This document shows positions 8,359 through 18,103 of a stretch of 64,000 nucleotides of DNA, piece after piece; position 1 is the stretch's first letter, and every line of letters begins with the position of its first letter. The stretch is taken from assembly GCA_041650915.1 (NCBI GenBank), contig JBAZKE010000001.1, positions 187,284 through 251,283 of the forward strand. The letters run 5' to 3'. This stretch comes from Patescibacteria group bacterium. GTDB lineage: Bacteria > Patescibacteriota > Patescibacteriia > UBA10025 > JAHIVO01. Below the pieces are notes generated by a model, which had not been told where the DNA came from, searched no databases, and saw nothing but the letters and a program-made list of their open reading frames with translations. A program made the position numbers and the translations under genes.

Positions 8359-10629
8359 TTACTCAACCGTTTTTTGGAACTTGCACTCTTTGCTCGAGCA
8401 GCGCACTTTATTGCCGGCTGCGTACACGAGAAGCGAACCGCACTCAGGACACTTCTCGCCGGTCGGTTTGGACCACAGCGCGTACTTGCAGTCAGGATAC
8501 TTGTTGCACGAGTAGAACGTACGCCCCCGTTTCGAACGTTTGACAACGATATCGCCCTTATGACATTGCGGGCAGGTAACCCCCGTTTTCTGTTCGATGT
8601 TCTTAATATTCTTGCAGTCTGGGTAGCCCGAGCAGGCGAGGAACGGGCCAAACCGGCCGTGCTTAACCACCATCGGCTTGCCGCACTTGCCGCACACCTG
8701 GTCGGTCCCCTCGGGCAGCTGCTCTTCCACGATATCGCCGTTTTTATCGAGCGGTTTGGTATTCTTACATTCCGGATAGCCGGAGCAGGCGAGGAATTTG
8801 CCGTAGCGCCCGATTTTTATGACCATCGGCTTGCCGCACTTGTCGCACACCTTGTCAGTTTCCTGCTCGGTGAGCTCCTTCTTGCTGACCTCTTCGAGCT
8901 TGTTCATAAGGTTGTCTTTAAAGGGTTTGTAGAATTCTCTGATCACGGGAACCCACTCTTTATTGCCGTTTGCGATTTCATCGAGGTCGTCCTCCATAGT
9001 GGCGGTAAAGGCGTAGTCGACGACTTTCGGAAAGTGCTCCACGAGCACGTCGTTGACGAGCGTGCCGATCTCGGTCGGGCTCAGGCGCTTCTGGTCTTTT
9101 TCCACGTATCCGCGGCTGACGATAGTCGCGATCGTAGGTGCGTACGTAGACGGCCGCCCGATGCCGCGCTCTTCGAGCGCCTTGACGAGGCCGGCTTCCG
9201 AGTACCGTGCCGGCGGTTCGGTGAAGTGCTGCAGCGGTTCGATTTTTTTCGCATCAAGTTCCTCATCTTTCTTGACTGCAGGCAGGATTGTCTCCTTGAC
9301 GCTGTTATATACCTTCATGAACCCGTCGAACTTGATTGTTGATCCGGTTGCGCGGAATGTATACTGGCCGTTCGCATTATTAATATCGACCGATACGTTG
9401 CTCATAACGGCGCCGGGCATTTGGCTCGCCACGGCGCGGCGCCAGATCAGGTCGTAGAGCTTGTACTGCCGGGGTTCAAGGTGCTGTTTGACGCTTTCCG
9501 GTGTATGCGTTACTTCGGTGGGGCGGATCGCCTCGTGGGCTTCCTGCGCGAGCTTGGATTTTACCTTGAACCGCCGAGGCGATTCAAGTGCGTAGCTGCC
9601 GCCGTACTCTCGTTTGAGGAATGATTGCGCTTCGCCGAGAAACTTATCGGCGAGGTTTACCGAATCCGTGCGCATATACGTTATGAGCCCGACGGCGCCC
9701 GCTTTGCCAAGGCTCACGCCCTCGTACAGCTGCTGCGCCATGTACATTGTCTGCCGTGCGGAGAAGCCGAGCCTGCGGTTTGCCTCCTGCTGGAGCGATG
9801 ATGTCGTGTACGGCGGCGGCGGCGCTTTCTGGGTCTCACGCTCGCGGACGTCGGCAACGCGGTACTGCGATGTTCCGAGCTCTGTGAGTATTTTCTGCGC
9901 CGAAGCTCCATCTGCGATAGAAAATTTTTCGAGCGCTTTGCCGCCCGCCTTGGCGAGCTTCGCGACGAACGTCTCTGAGCTGCCGCCTTTTTTTGAAAAA
10001 GTCGCTTCAATGCTCCAGTACTCCTGGGGTTTGAACGCCTGAATTTCCCTTTCCCGCTCCACGATCAGGCGGAGCGCGACTGACTGCACGCGGCCCGCTG
10101 ACAAGCCTTTGGCAACTTTTTTCCAGAGGAAGGGGGAGAGCTCGTATCCGACAAGCCGGTCAAGCACGCGGCGGGCTTGCTGCGCATCCACGAGGGCACG
10201 GTTAATATCGCGGGGGTTTTCGAGCGCGCTGACGATCGCCTCTTTCGTTATTTCATGGAAAACGATCCGTTTTGACTTGCCGTCAATTTTTGGCGTGATC
10301 GTCTTGCTCCGCGCGTTCTGCTGGTTGAAAGCCTCGAGCAGGTGCCACGCGATAGCTTCTCCCTCGCGGTCTTCGTCAGTCGCGAAGTATATGGTCGGCG
10401 ACGCGAGCGCGAGCTTCTTGAGCTTGGTTACGTGCTTTTGGTTTTTTCTCGGAATGACGTACTGAGGTTCAAAGTTTTTTTTTATATCGACACCCATCTT
10501 CGAGCGCGGGAGGTCGCGGATGTGGCCGAATGACGATTCAATTACAAAATTTTTCCCGAGGAAGCGGGAAATCGTTTTTGCCTTGGTGGGCGATTCAACG
10601 ATGATCAAGCTCTTTTGTGCTTTTGCCAT
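8359..10629 (-). CDS. topA: DNA topoisomerase I
   Basis: IVESPTKAKTI, ATDEDREGE, SAGRVQS, ITYMRTDS and C-terminal C4 zinc ribbons. Confidence 0.97.
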   Translation of the reverse strand: MAKAQKSLIIVESPTKAKTISRFLGKNFVIESSFGHIRDLPRSKMGVDIKKNFEPQYVIPRKNQKHVTKLKKLALASPTIYFATDEDREGEAIAWHLLEAFNQQNARSKTITPKIDGKSKRIVFHEITKEAIVSALENPRDINRALVDAQQARRVLDRLVGYELSPFLWKKVAKGLSAGRVQSVALRLIVEREREIQAFKPQEYWSIEATFSKKGGSSETFVAKLAKAGGKALEKFSIADGASAQKILTELGTSQYRVADVRERETQKAPPPPYTTSSLQQEANRRLGFSARQTMYMAQQLYEGVSLGKAGAVGLITYMRTDSVNLADKFLGEAQSFLKREYGGSYALESPRRFKVKSKLAQEAHEAIRPTEVTHTPESVKQHLEPRQYKLYDLIWRRAVASQMPGAVMSNVSVDINNANGQYTFRATGSTIKFDGFMKVYNSVKETILPAVKKDEELDAKKIEPLQHFTEPPARYSEAGLVKALEERGIGRPSTYAPTIATIVSRGYVEKDQKRLSPTEIGTLVNDVLVEHFPKVVDYAFTATMEDDLDEIANGNKEWVPVIREFYKPFKDNLMNKLEEVSKKELTEQETDKVCDKCGKPMVIKIGRYGKFLACSGYPECKNTKPLDKNGDIVEEQLPEGTDQVCGKCGKPMVVKHGRFGPFLACSGYPDCKNIKNIEQKTGVTCPQCHKGDIVVKRSKRGRTFYSCNKYPDCKYALWSKPTGEKCPECGSLLVYAAGNKVRCSSKECKFQKTVE

Positions 10630-11738
10630 TGTATTTTGCCTGTATGTCCAGCTGCCTGCGTATACCGCATTCCGCCGAGGTGCTGGACAGCTCCCTTCAC
10701 CTCGAGCATGGAGAGTGTTGCGTTAATTGTACTGGTATTCAGTTTACACATACGATTTATTTCGTCAATATGGAGCGGGCCGGAAGACAGGAGATCCCAC
10801 AGTATTTTTTCTTCGTCGGTATCGAGTTTCGGCGCGCACTGCTGTCCGGTCGGCGTGTTCGCCTCAACGCCGAGTGCGTTGAGCACATCCTCTGTATCCA
10901 TGATGAGTGCGGCGCCCATCTTGATGAGCGCATTCGGCCCCCGCGATCTGGCACTGGTAATATTACCGGGTACGGCGAGCACGTCACGGTTCTGGTCGAG
11001 CGCACACCGGGCCGTGATCAGCGATCCGGAATCATCCGCTCCTTCGATAACGAGCACAGCCTTCGAAAGTCCTGCGATGATTCTGTTTCGTGCGGGGAAG
11101 TGGCCCCTGAGCGGCTCCGTGCCGGGCGGATATTCTGATAGCAAACAGCCGCCCTGCTCAATGATTGAGCAGGCAAGATTGATATTGGTCCTGGGGTATA
11201 CCGTATCCAGACCGCATCCGAGCACTGCCGCGGTAGTTCCGCCAGCATCAAGTGCGGCACGGTGGGCGAGCGCGTCGATGCCGAGCGCGAGCCCGGATAC
11301 GATTGTGATGCCAGCCCGGGCAAGGTCGCCGACGAGCCGGGGGGTTATCGTCCGTCCATAGGGGCTCGTCCGGCGGGTTCCGACGACAGCGAGCGCAGGA
11401 ACGCCGTCTGGCGGAAGCGTGCCGCGTATATAGAGCAGGGCGGGCGGCGAGTGGATTTCTTTTAATAACGCTGGATACCGTTCGTCTTGGATAGTGATGA
11501 TCGTTTGTCCAGAATCCTCCACGGTGCGTTGCAGCAGCTCCGGATCAACTGAATTGCGCTGCTCTACGATCGTCCGCGCGTACTGCGGTTGTATGCCTCT
11601 TTTGACGAGCTCGGCGGCTGCAGCGTTCCAGGCAGTTTCCATGGAGGGAAAGCATTCGCTGAGGTGCCGTATGGTCCGTGGGCCTATGTTATGCATCGCC
11701 GAGAAACCGATCCAGTATTTCGTATCGCGTTGGCTCAT
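10605..11738 (-). CDS. dprA: DNA-protecting protein DprA
   Basis: AVVGTR, SGLALGIDA, FPARNRIIAGLS, GSLITA and C-terminal winged helix; start set at ATG 11738. Confidence 0.95.
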   Translation of the reverse strand: MSQRDTKYWIGFSAMHNIGPRTIRHLSECFPSMETAWNAAAAELVKRGIQPQYARTIVEQRNSVDPELLQRTVEDSGQTIITIQDERYPALLKEIHSPPALLYIRGTLPPDGVPALAVVGTRRTSPYGRTITPRLVGDLARAGITIVSGLALGIDALAHRAALDAGGTTAAVLGCGLDTVYPRTNINLACSIIEQGGCLLSEYPPGTEPLRGHFPARNRIIAGLSKAVLVIEGADDSGSLITARCALDQNRDVLAVPGNITSARSRGPNALIKMGAALIMDTEDVLNALGVEANTPTGQQCAPKLDTDEEKILWDLLSSGPLHIDEINRMCKLNTSTINATLSMLEVKGAVQHLGGMRYTQAAGHTGKIQWQKHKRA

Positions 11739-11815
11739 AAATAAAGAAGACCTTTCTGTCGAGGGGAAGGTCTGCATTCAGCATAGCAGCTGCAGTGAAA
11801 TTTCGCAAACGGGCG

Positions 11816-14800
11816 TTACGATCGTTCCTTGGTCTCGAAAATTTTTATGACCTTCTTCAGCTCTTCGAGCCAGCCATCCCCGAGCTTGTCGAGGTCAATT
11901 TTAATGCTGTCGTCATTGAACTGCCAGTCCGTATTTTTTTGCAGGAGGCGCGCAAGGTTTTCCGGTTTGAGGGGAAAAAGGAATTTGAGGATGAGCCGGC
12001 GCCTCTTGTGCCCGAATTCATCCGTCATCAGCGATGTATCAATGTGGGAGATGTCAGTCTTCTGCGCAAGGATGCGTACCTCGAGCACTTCAAAGAGATT
12101 GAGGAGCTGCTGCGGAAAGGTGCGCTGCTCTTCTCTGGTTCGCGATCGGAACATTTTTTCTTTCAGCTCATGCAGGTCCTCGAGCCTCGTGATTCCCGCC
12201 ATCTTCTGGTATAGAATAAGCCGTTCCTCTTCGGGCAGGAATTCAGGAGGGATAAACGATTCGAGCGGAAGGTCGAGCAAGATGTCCCGGATCGGCTCCT
12301 GAACCTTGCCAAACTTAAGTTCTTCAATCGCCTGGGCGAGCAGCCGCGTATACAGTGAGAGGCCTATTGCCGAGACCTTGCCGTGCTGTTCTCTGCCGAG
12401 TATGTTGCCGGCTCCGCGGATTTCGAGGTCGCGCAGCGCGAGCTGGAATCCGCTCCCGAGTTTCTTCGCCTCCATGAGCGCCTCGAGGCGCTTCTTCGCG
12501 TTGCCCTTGAGTTTCTTGCGGTTGTACAGGAAGTACGCGTACGCTTGCCGTTCGCCGCGGCCGATCCTTCCGCGGAGCTGGTAGAGCTGCGCGAGCCCGA
12601 AATTGGTGGCATTATCAACGATCATGGTGTTGACGTTCGGCAGGTCGAGCCCATTCTCAATGATGGTTGAGCATACGAGGACGTTGGTTTTCTGCGTATC
12701 GAAGTCGGCCATTGCCTGTGCGAGGTCTTTTTCCGGGAGGCGCCCGTGTGCGATGCCGAACGTGCCACCAGGCACAAGCTTTTTAAGCGTCTCAGCGGCA
12801 AAGCTGATCGTTTCAACCTTATTGTGGAGGTAGTACACCTGTCCGTTGCGCTTGAGTTCGCGGCTGATGGCGTCCTTGATCAGGCCATCAGCGTGCTGTT
12901 CGATGTAGGTTTCGATCGGGAGCCTTCCTTCCGGCGGCGTTTCGATGATGCTCACATCCCGGACGCCGGAGAGCGCAATGTTGAGCGTACGCGGTATCGG
13001 AGTGGCCGTGAGCGTCAGAATGTGCGTCTGCGTCCGGAATGCCTTGAGTTTTTCCTTCGCCTTCACTCCGAAACGCTGTTCTTCGTCGATGATGATGAGG
13101 CCGAGGTTTTTGAAATTGACGTCAGCCGAGAGGAGCCGGTGCGTACCGATGACGATATCAATCAGGCCGCTCTTAAGCTTCTCAATTGTGTCTTTTTGCT
13201 CCTTCTCGGTCTCAAACCGCGAGAGGATGCCAACTTTCACGGGGAATTTTTTCAGCCGTGCCTTGAACGTGTCGAAGTGCTGCTGCGTGAGGATTGTTGT
13301 CGGGGCGAGCAGCGCAACCTGCTTCTTATTCATGACCGCCTTAAAAGCAGCGCGCACCGCCACTTCGGTTTTACCGAATCCAACGTCGCCGCAGATCAGC
13401 CGGTCCATCGGCGTTTCACGCTCCAGGTCCGTCGCGACGTCCGTAATGGCCCTTTCCTGGTCCGGCGTCTCGTCGTAGGGGAACGCTTTGCTCAGTTCCT
13501 GCTCTTCGGGAGTGCTCTTTGAGAACGGTTTCACCTTGACCATCTCACGCTTGGCGTAGATTTTCAGCAGCTCCTGCGCGAGGATCTTTGCTTCCTGCTT
13601 CACTTTTCGGGTCAGCTGGTACCAGTGGCTGCCGGACAGCCGGTGGAGTTTTGGGTGGGCCATGCCGATGTACTTTGAAATTTTATCGGCTGTTTCCACA
13701 GGAACCGAGAGCTTGTCACCCTCTGCGTACTGGATCGAGAAGTACTCTTTGGCAACCCCTTCAATCGTATGCTTTTCCATGCCGGTGAACTTGCCGATTC
13801 CATGGTCGAGGTGCACAACATAGTCACCAGGCCGCAGCCCCATGATGAATGCTTGGTCTACCCTCCGCCTCGGGACTTCCTGCTTCGATTGTTCTTCGCC
13901 GAAGATTTCTTTATCGGTGAGGAAGAGGATTTTCGCTGCGTCATTGATAAAGCCGCTAATCTCGTTGCCAAACGGCAGTAATGAAAAATCGGACAGAGGC
14001 AGTTTTTTTTCTTTAAGGAGCTGCTGAATGCTGCTCGCCTTATCGGTTGCGATGTGTATCGTCCAGTTCTTTTTCGCATACTGCTTGAGGTCAGCAGCCA
14101 GGTTGTTGAGCCGGTTTCTGTACAAGGGGGCGGCCTGAAAAGAAAAGTCATGCACTTTTTTTGAAAAATCCCTAATGGTAATCACCTCGTACGGATCGAG
14201 CTTTTGCTCGATGTGTTGCCAATCGGGGAGTATTGAGTTGATTTCTTCGGTATCGTGGTAGAGGATGATGGGGTTGCCGATACATTCGAGGTACCCGAAG
14301 AGCGTCGTGCGGGTATTCGTACGGATAAAACTTTTCGCGATGACCGTGCACGCCGCAACTTCTCCGGTACTCCGCTTGGTAACCGGATTGAACCGGTTGA
14401 TTTTACTGATTGCATTGTCGCTGAATTCTATTTTTACCGGCTGCTCTTCATTGACCGGGTATACGTCGAGTACGCCGCCGCGCCGGGCAAAGTATCCCGG
14501 TTCGCTCGCATGGCTCGAAAAGTCGTAGCCAAACCGTACGAGCTTCTGCGAGAGTTCGGCAGGCGTCGACCGGTCGTTGCTCGCTATCTGTATCTCATGT
14601 TCACTGATACCGCTGAGCGAAGGGAATTTTTCACTCAAGCTGCTGAATGTTGCGATGACCGTCTGCGGTATTCGTTTTGAGAGCCTCGCTGCGTTGAGCG
14701 GCGTAACGCGGTGCAGCTTCCATACGGGCTGCTGGATTTTCATTGTACGGTACCAGTACCGGAGCGCGGCTTCGGCACTGCGGGTATCTTCGTCGCGGAT

Positions 14801-15028
14801 AAGCCAAAAAACCACCCTTTTCTGCAGGGATTGCGTAGATGCTATGAAGTACGCCTGTATAGCGATTGTTGGGAGCCCCGTTACCGGCAGCTTAATACCT
14901 TTTTTGAGGAGTTGCGGGACAATTTTGAAAGGCTCGGGTACAGCTGCGCGCTCGTCACCTTGTGCTGGCACTGATTTTTGGTCTTTAATTAGCTGGAAAA
15001 ATAGTATACGACAGCCCAATGAGCTCAA
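11816..15028 (-). CDS. mfd: Transcription-repair coupling factor
   Basis: RRGGVLDVYP, VVHLDHGIG (CarD/RID), GDVGFGKT, DEEQRFG, QLRGRIGR and TRCF C-terminus; exact start uncertain. Confidence 0.95.
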   Translation of the reverse strand: MSSLGCRILFFQLIKDQKSVPAQGDERAAVPEPFKIVPQLLKKGIKLPVTGLPTIAIQAYFIASTQSLQKRVVFWLIRDEDTRSAEAALRYWYRTMKIQQPVWKLHRVTPLNAARLSKRIPQTVIATFSSLSEKFPSLSGISEHEIQIASNDRSTPAELSQKLVRFGYDFSSHASEPGYFARRGGVLDVYPVNEEQPVKIEFSDNAISKINRFNPVTKRSTGEVAACTVIAKSFIRTNTRTTLFGYLECIGNPIILYHDTEEINSILPDWQHIEQKLDPYEVITIRDFSKKVHDFSFQAAPLYRNRLNNLAADLKQYAKKNWTIHIATDKASSIQQLLKEKKLPLSDFSLLPFGNEISGFINDAAKILFLTDKEIFGEEQSKQEVPRRRVDQAFIMGLRPGDYVVHLDHGIGKFTGMEKHTIEGVAKEYFSIQYAEGDKLSVPVETADKISKYIGMAHPKLHRLSGSHWYQLTRKVKQEAKILAQELLKIYAKREMVKVKPFSKSTPEEQELSKAFPYDETPDQERAITDVATDLERETPMDRLICGDVGFGKTEVAVRAAFKAVMNKKQVALLAPTTILTQQHFDTFKARLKKFPVKVGILSRFETEKEQKDTIEKLKSGLIDIVIGTHRLLSADVNFKNLGLIIIDEEQRFGVKAKEKLKAFRTQTHILTLTATPIPRTLNIALSGVRDVSIIETPPEGRLPIETYIEQHADGLIKDAISRELKRNGQVYYLHNKVETISFAAETLKKLVPGGTFGIAHGRLPEKDLAQAMADFDTQKTNVLVCSTIIENGLDLPNVNTMIVDNATNFGLAQLYQLRGRIGRGERQAYAYFLYNRKKLKGNAKKRLEALMEAKKLGSGFQLALRDLEIRGAGNILGREQHGKVSAIGLSLYTRLLAQAIEELKFGKVQEPIRDILLDLPLESFIPPEFLPEEERLILYQKMAGITRLEDLHELKEKMFRSRTREEQRTFPQQLLNLFEVLEVRILAQKTDISHIDTSLMTDEFGHKRRRLILKFLFPLKPENLARLLQKNTDWQFNDDSIKIDLDKLGDGWLEELKKVIKIFETKERS

Positions 15029-15052
15029 ATCCTCCCTTGCACCGGGAGGGTC

Positions 15053-15081
15053 TTGACATGGGCCATCTACTCTGCTAGTAT
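15053..15081 (+). promoter_or_regulatory. Sigma70 promoter pointing into an ORF-free structured region
   Basis: TTGACA-N17-TAGTAT with extended TG; both flanking genes are on the minus strand. Confidence 0.55.
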
Positions 15082-15087
15082 GTAGTA

Positions 15088-15261
15088 TTACAATTGTTTT
15101 TTAAAAAATCAAGTGGAAAACTGACTTGAGCTCAGCTTTCTGCCTCCAATGCGGCAAACGTTAGGTAACCCCTCCTAAAACCTGATAAGTAGCCACAAGA
15201 TAAGGTTGTACAGTTTTGTACTGTACGATCTTGCGCTTGGAGGCAGTAAGCTGGGTTTTTT
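15088..15261 (+). ncRNA. Candidate structured small RNA, family unassigned
   Basis: CTCAGCTTTCTGCCTCCAATGCG pairs with CGCTTGGAGGCAGTAAGCTGGG; internal hairpin GTACAGT/ACTGTAC; ends in a U-tract; upstream promoter. Confidence 0.4.
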
Positions 15262-15305
15262 GATACAAAAAAGAATGGCAAAGCCGTATCCGTTGCAGAG
15301 GGCTG

Positions 15306-16400
15306 CTACCTGCCAGTCCGCTTGAGTGCAAGACCCGCTGCGATCGACATCTTCGGCGCTATGTTCATGAGCTCTTCTTCAAGGTCGGTGGGGTAGGATA
15401 TCCGCTGCCAGGGATTTGCGATTGTCGTATTGATTCCGAGCACCTGCTGGAGGTATGCAGGGAAGTTTTTCATTCGTGCGCAGCCGCCCGTGATTATTAT
15501 CTCGGAGATGCTGCCCCGATTCATCTTTTTAAACGCATAGATGAGGCGCTTGAGCTCCTGGGTCAGCATGTTGTCGATGACGAATTTGATTGCCTTGCTC
15601 GCTGGATGCGAGTACTCGCCGGACTCCGGCAAGCCGATGCTCAGTTTGAATTGCTCGGCGCGTTCGGCGGTAATATTCATCGTGTTTGCGATATTCCTGT
15701 CGATCGTTTCCCCGCCAACATCGGTGTGGCGCGAGAGTATCGGGACTCCGTGCCAGAAAATGATCATGTTCGTGGTCGTAGCACCCATATCGACAACCAT
15801 GAAGGCGTCGCCGTTCGACGGCTGGAGTGAGCGGCGAAATGCGGCAGCTTCTGTCTCGAGGCCGATGAGCGTGAGATCAAGCTCTTTGAAGATGCTGATG
15901 TAATTATTGATCGTTTCTTTCGGAGCGGCTGTTAAAATGATTGGCATCGTTTTTTTAACCTCCTTGCCTTTTTCCTGTTTCTCGTCAGTCTTCTTTTCGG
16001 GTGACATCCATTCGGGAATTACGTGCCAGTCAACGGACATTTTATCTACAGGGAGCGGGAGCAGCTTTTTGGCTTCCCACGTAATTGCCGACGCGATTTC
16101 TTTGTCAGGCATTGCTGGCAGATCAATGAGTGCGCTGAAGACGTTCAAGGAGGGGAGTGACGCGACAACTTCAGTGGCTCTCGTCTTTGCGCTCTGCAGG
16201 AGATCGCGCAGGTGTTGCACTGCTTCGGTCTTGTTCTGGATAGCGCCGCGTTCTGGTGCGGTTTCAGGGAGCTCGGCAATGCCGTACGTAATGAGACGCA
16301 CGTGGTTATCCTCGTTGCGGAGCTCGACCGCTTTGATTGCAGCCGCTCCGAGGTCAATCCCGAGCGTGCTTACATTTTTAATGTTTTTTCCAAATGCCAT
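15306..16400 (-). CDS. pilM: Type IV pilus assembly protein PilM
   Basis: Actin-like fold motifs GIDLGAAAIKAVEL, WEAKKLLPLP, VDMGATTT, TGGCA and ANPW. Confidence 0.9.
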   Translation of the reverse strand: MAFGKNIKNVSTLGIDLGAAAIKAVELRNEDNHVRLITYGIAELPETAPERGAIQNKTEAVQHLRDLLQSAKTRATEVVASLPSLNVFSALIDLPAMPDKEIASAITWEAKKLLPLPVDKMSVDWHVIPEWMSPEKKTDEKQEKGKEVKKTMPIILTAAPKETINNYISIFKELDLTLIGLETEAAAFRRSLQPSNGDAFMVVDMGATTTNMIIFWHGVPILSRHTDVGGETIDRNIANTMNITAERAEQFKLSIGLPESGEYSHPASKAIKFVIDNMLTQELKRLIYAFKKMNRGSISEIIITGGCARMKNFPAYLQQVLGINTTIANPWQRISYPTDLEEELMNIAPKMSIAAGLALKRTGR

Positions 16401-16409
16401 ATAGTGTTA

Positions 16410-17483
16410 TTACGTTTGCAGCATGTACTGCAGCTGCTGTGGATCATTCGAGTGTTTAAGTGCGTCTTCCGGGAGTATCTGGTTTGACTTGACGAGTTCG
16501 GCGAGGGACCAGTCCAGGGAAACCATCCCCTCAGCACGTGATGTTTGGATGATGTTGTTGATCTGGTGCAGCGAACCTTCTCTGATATTTGATTGGATAG
16601 GCGGGATCATCCTCATGATTTCCGCGACCGCAACTTGTCCGCCGCCGATTTTTGGGATGAGCCGCTGGCAGATTGTTGCAGCGAGGTTCAACGAGAGTTG
16701 CTGCCTGATTTGGCCCTGCTCAACACTTGAAAAGCTGTTGAGAATGAGCTCAAGCGTCCTCATGGTAGTATCCGCTTCAACATTGGCAATGACGAGCCTC
16801 CCCGATGCGGCGATCGTGAGCGCCTGCTTGATGACGGAAGGGGAGGTCACTTCCGAGAGAAAAAGCACGTTGACATCTTCCTGCGTTATGCTGCTGAGGG
16901 CGTGTTCAAATGAGATCGCGTCCCTGCCGATTTCACGCTGCTCGACGATACTCTTCCTATTTTGAAAAATATATTCGATCGGCCTCTCAATGGTAAGGAT
17001 ATATGCGGATCTGTGTTCATTGATATACTCGAGTATCGAAGCGGACGTGGTCGTTTTACCGGATCCAAATACGCCGCTGATGAGGAGCAAGCCTTCTCGG
17101 AGTTGGGCAAGGTCATAAAGCGCCGTCGGCAGGCCAAGCTGTTCGAGCGGGATGATGCGGTCGCCAATCAGCCGAAGGTATGCCGCGAGCACCTTTTTTT
17201 GGTAAAAGATATTAACCCGAAATCGTGCCTGCTTCTGGTGCTGGTAGGCGAATACCAATTCTTTTTCCTTTTGTAGCTGCTCTCGCTGGCCCTCATCAAG
17301 GATTTCCTCGGTGAATTCCTCCATGAATTCCTTCGTGATAATTTCCTCACCTTTCAGCGGTATCAGCTGTCCGTTCATTCTGAGCGTCGGAGGGCTCCCT
17401 ACGGAGAGATGGAGGTCAGATGCCTTCTGTTCGGCAGTCGTGCTAAGGATGTTATTGAGGACGAGTTTTGATTGCGTATCCAT
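16410..17483 (-). CDS. pilT: PilT/PilU-family ATPase, degenerate paralog
   Basis: ASDLHLSVGSPP, RFRVNIF, GSGKTTT, TIERPIE, EQREIG, QRLIP; Walker B and His boxes are altered. Confidence 0.85.
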   Translation of the reverse strand: MDTQSKLVLNNILSTTAEQKASDLHLSVGSPPTLRMNGQLIPLKGEEIITKEFMEEFTEEILDEGQREQLQKEKELVFAYQHQKQARFRVNIFYQKKVLAAYLRLIGDRIIPLEQLGLPTALYDLAQLREGLLLISGVFGSGKTTTSASILEYINEHRSAYILTIERPIEYIFQNRKSIVEQREIGRDAISFEHALSSITQEDVNVLFLSEVTSPSVIKQALTIAASGRLVIANVEADTTMRTLELILNSFSSVEQGQIRQQLSLNLAATICQRLIPKIGGGQVAVAEIMRMIPPIQSNIREGSLHQINNIIQTSRAEGMVSLDWSLAELVKSNQILPEDALKHSNDPQQLQYMLQT

Positions 17484-17508
17484 AGTGTGCGGCAGATTGA
17501 TTATATTA

Positions 17509-18099
17509 TCAGTATACCTCTTTTTGCTGTTTTTGATTATACGTTTGGGCGGCTGTTTCAGGACTGTGGTTCAGGAATGCATCCACGGCCTGTACGGCCC
17601 GGCCAATGATTGGTACGAGCTCGGCGCGTTCTTCCGTGGTGAACGGCGATAGGACGTACGCCTCGCCCGGCATGGTATCTTTCGTTTTTCCGGCAATGCC
17701 TATCCTCATACGCCAGAAGCTGTCTTTCGGGAGGACTTCCATCGTTGACAGCGCTCCCTTATGCCCCGCCGCGCTATGCCCCCGTTGAATTTTCAGCTGG
17801 GAAAATGGAATATCGAGGTCATCGTGGATAATAAGAAAATTATCCGGCTGAGCCCTATCAAGCTTGAAGTAGTCTATGAGCGATTCAAGAGCCGCGCCGG
17901 ATTCATTCATATAGGTAGTCGGTTTGGCCAGAATGATATCTGGATTTTCAGAAAGTATGCAGTGTAAAGCTTTATTTTCTTTCAATGGCGAACGCTCTGA
18001 TGATTGCACCAGCGCATCAACGACTCTGAAGCCGATATTGTGCCTCGTTTTCTCGTACTTTTTCCCTGGGTTGCCGAGTCCAATGATGAGTTTTTTCAT
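17509..18099 (-). CDS. pth: Peptidyl-tRNA hydrolase
   Basis: GLGNPG, TRHNIGF, KPTTYMNESG, HDDLD, GHKG. Confidence 0.96.
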   Translation of the reverse strand: MKKLIIGLGNPGKKYEKTRHNIGFRVVDALVQSSERSPLKENKALHCILSENPDIILAKPTTYMNESGAALESLIDYFKLDRAQPDNFLIIHDDLDIPFSQLKIQRGHSAAGHKGALSTMEVLPKDSFWRMRIGIAGKTKDTMPGEAYVLSPFTTEERAELVPIIGRAVQAVDAFLNHSPETAAQTYNQKQQKEVY

Positions 18100-18103
18100 G
18101 GGA

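Noticed and set aside
8305-9342. Long antisense ORFs (345 aa opposite topA; similarly 42446-43522, 12746-13522 and 61106-62047)
   Set aside because: Shadow frames of longer sense genes with no motifs of their own
15153-15195. c-di-GMP-I riboswitch or SRP RNA assignment (GGCAAAC; TTAGGT...AAGTAGCC)
   Set aside because: The required GNRA-capped stems are absent, so the RNA is left unassigned
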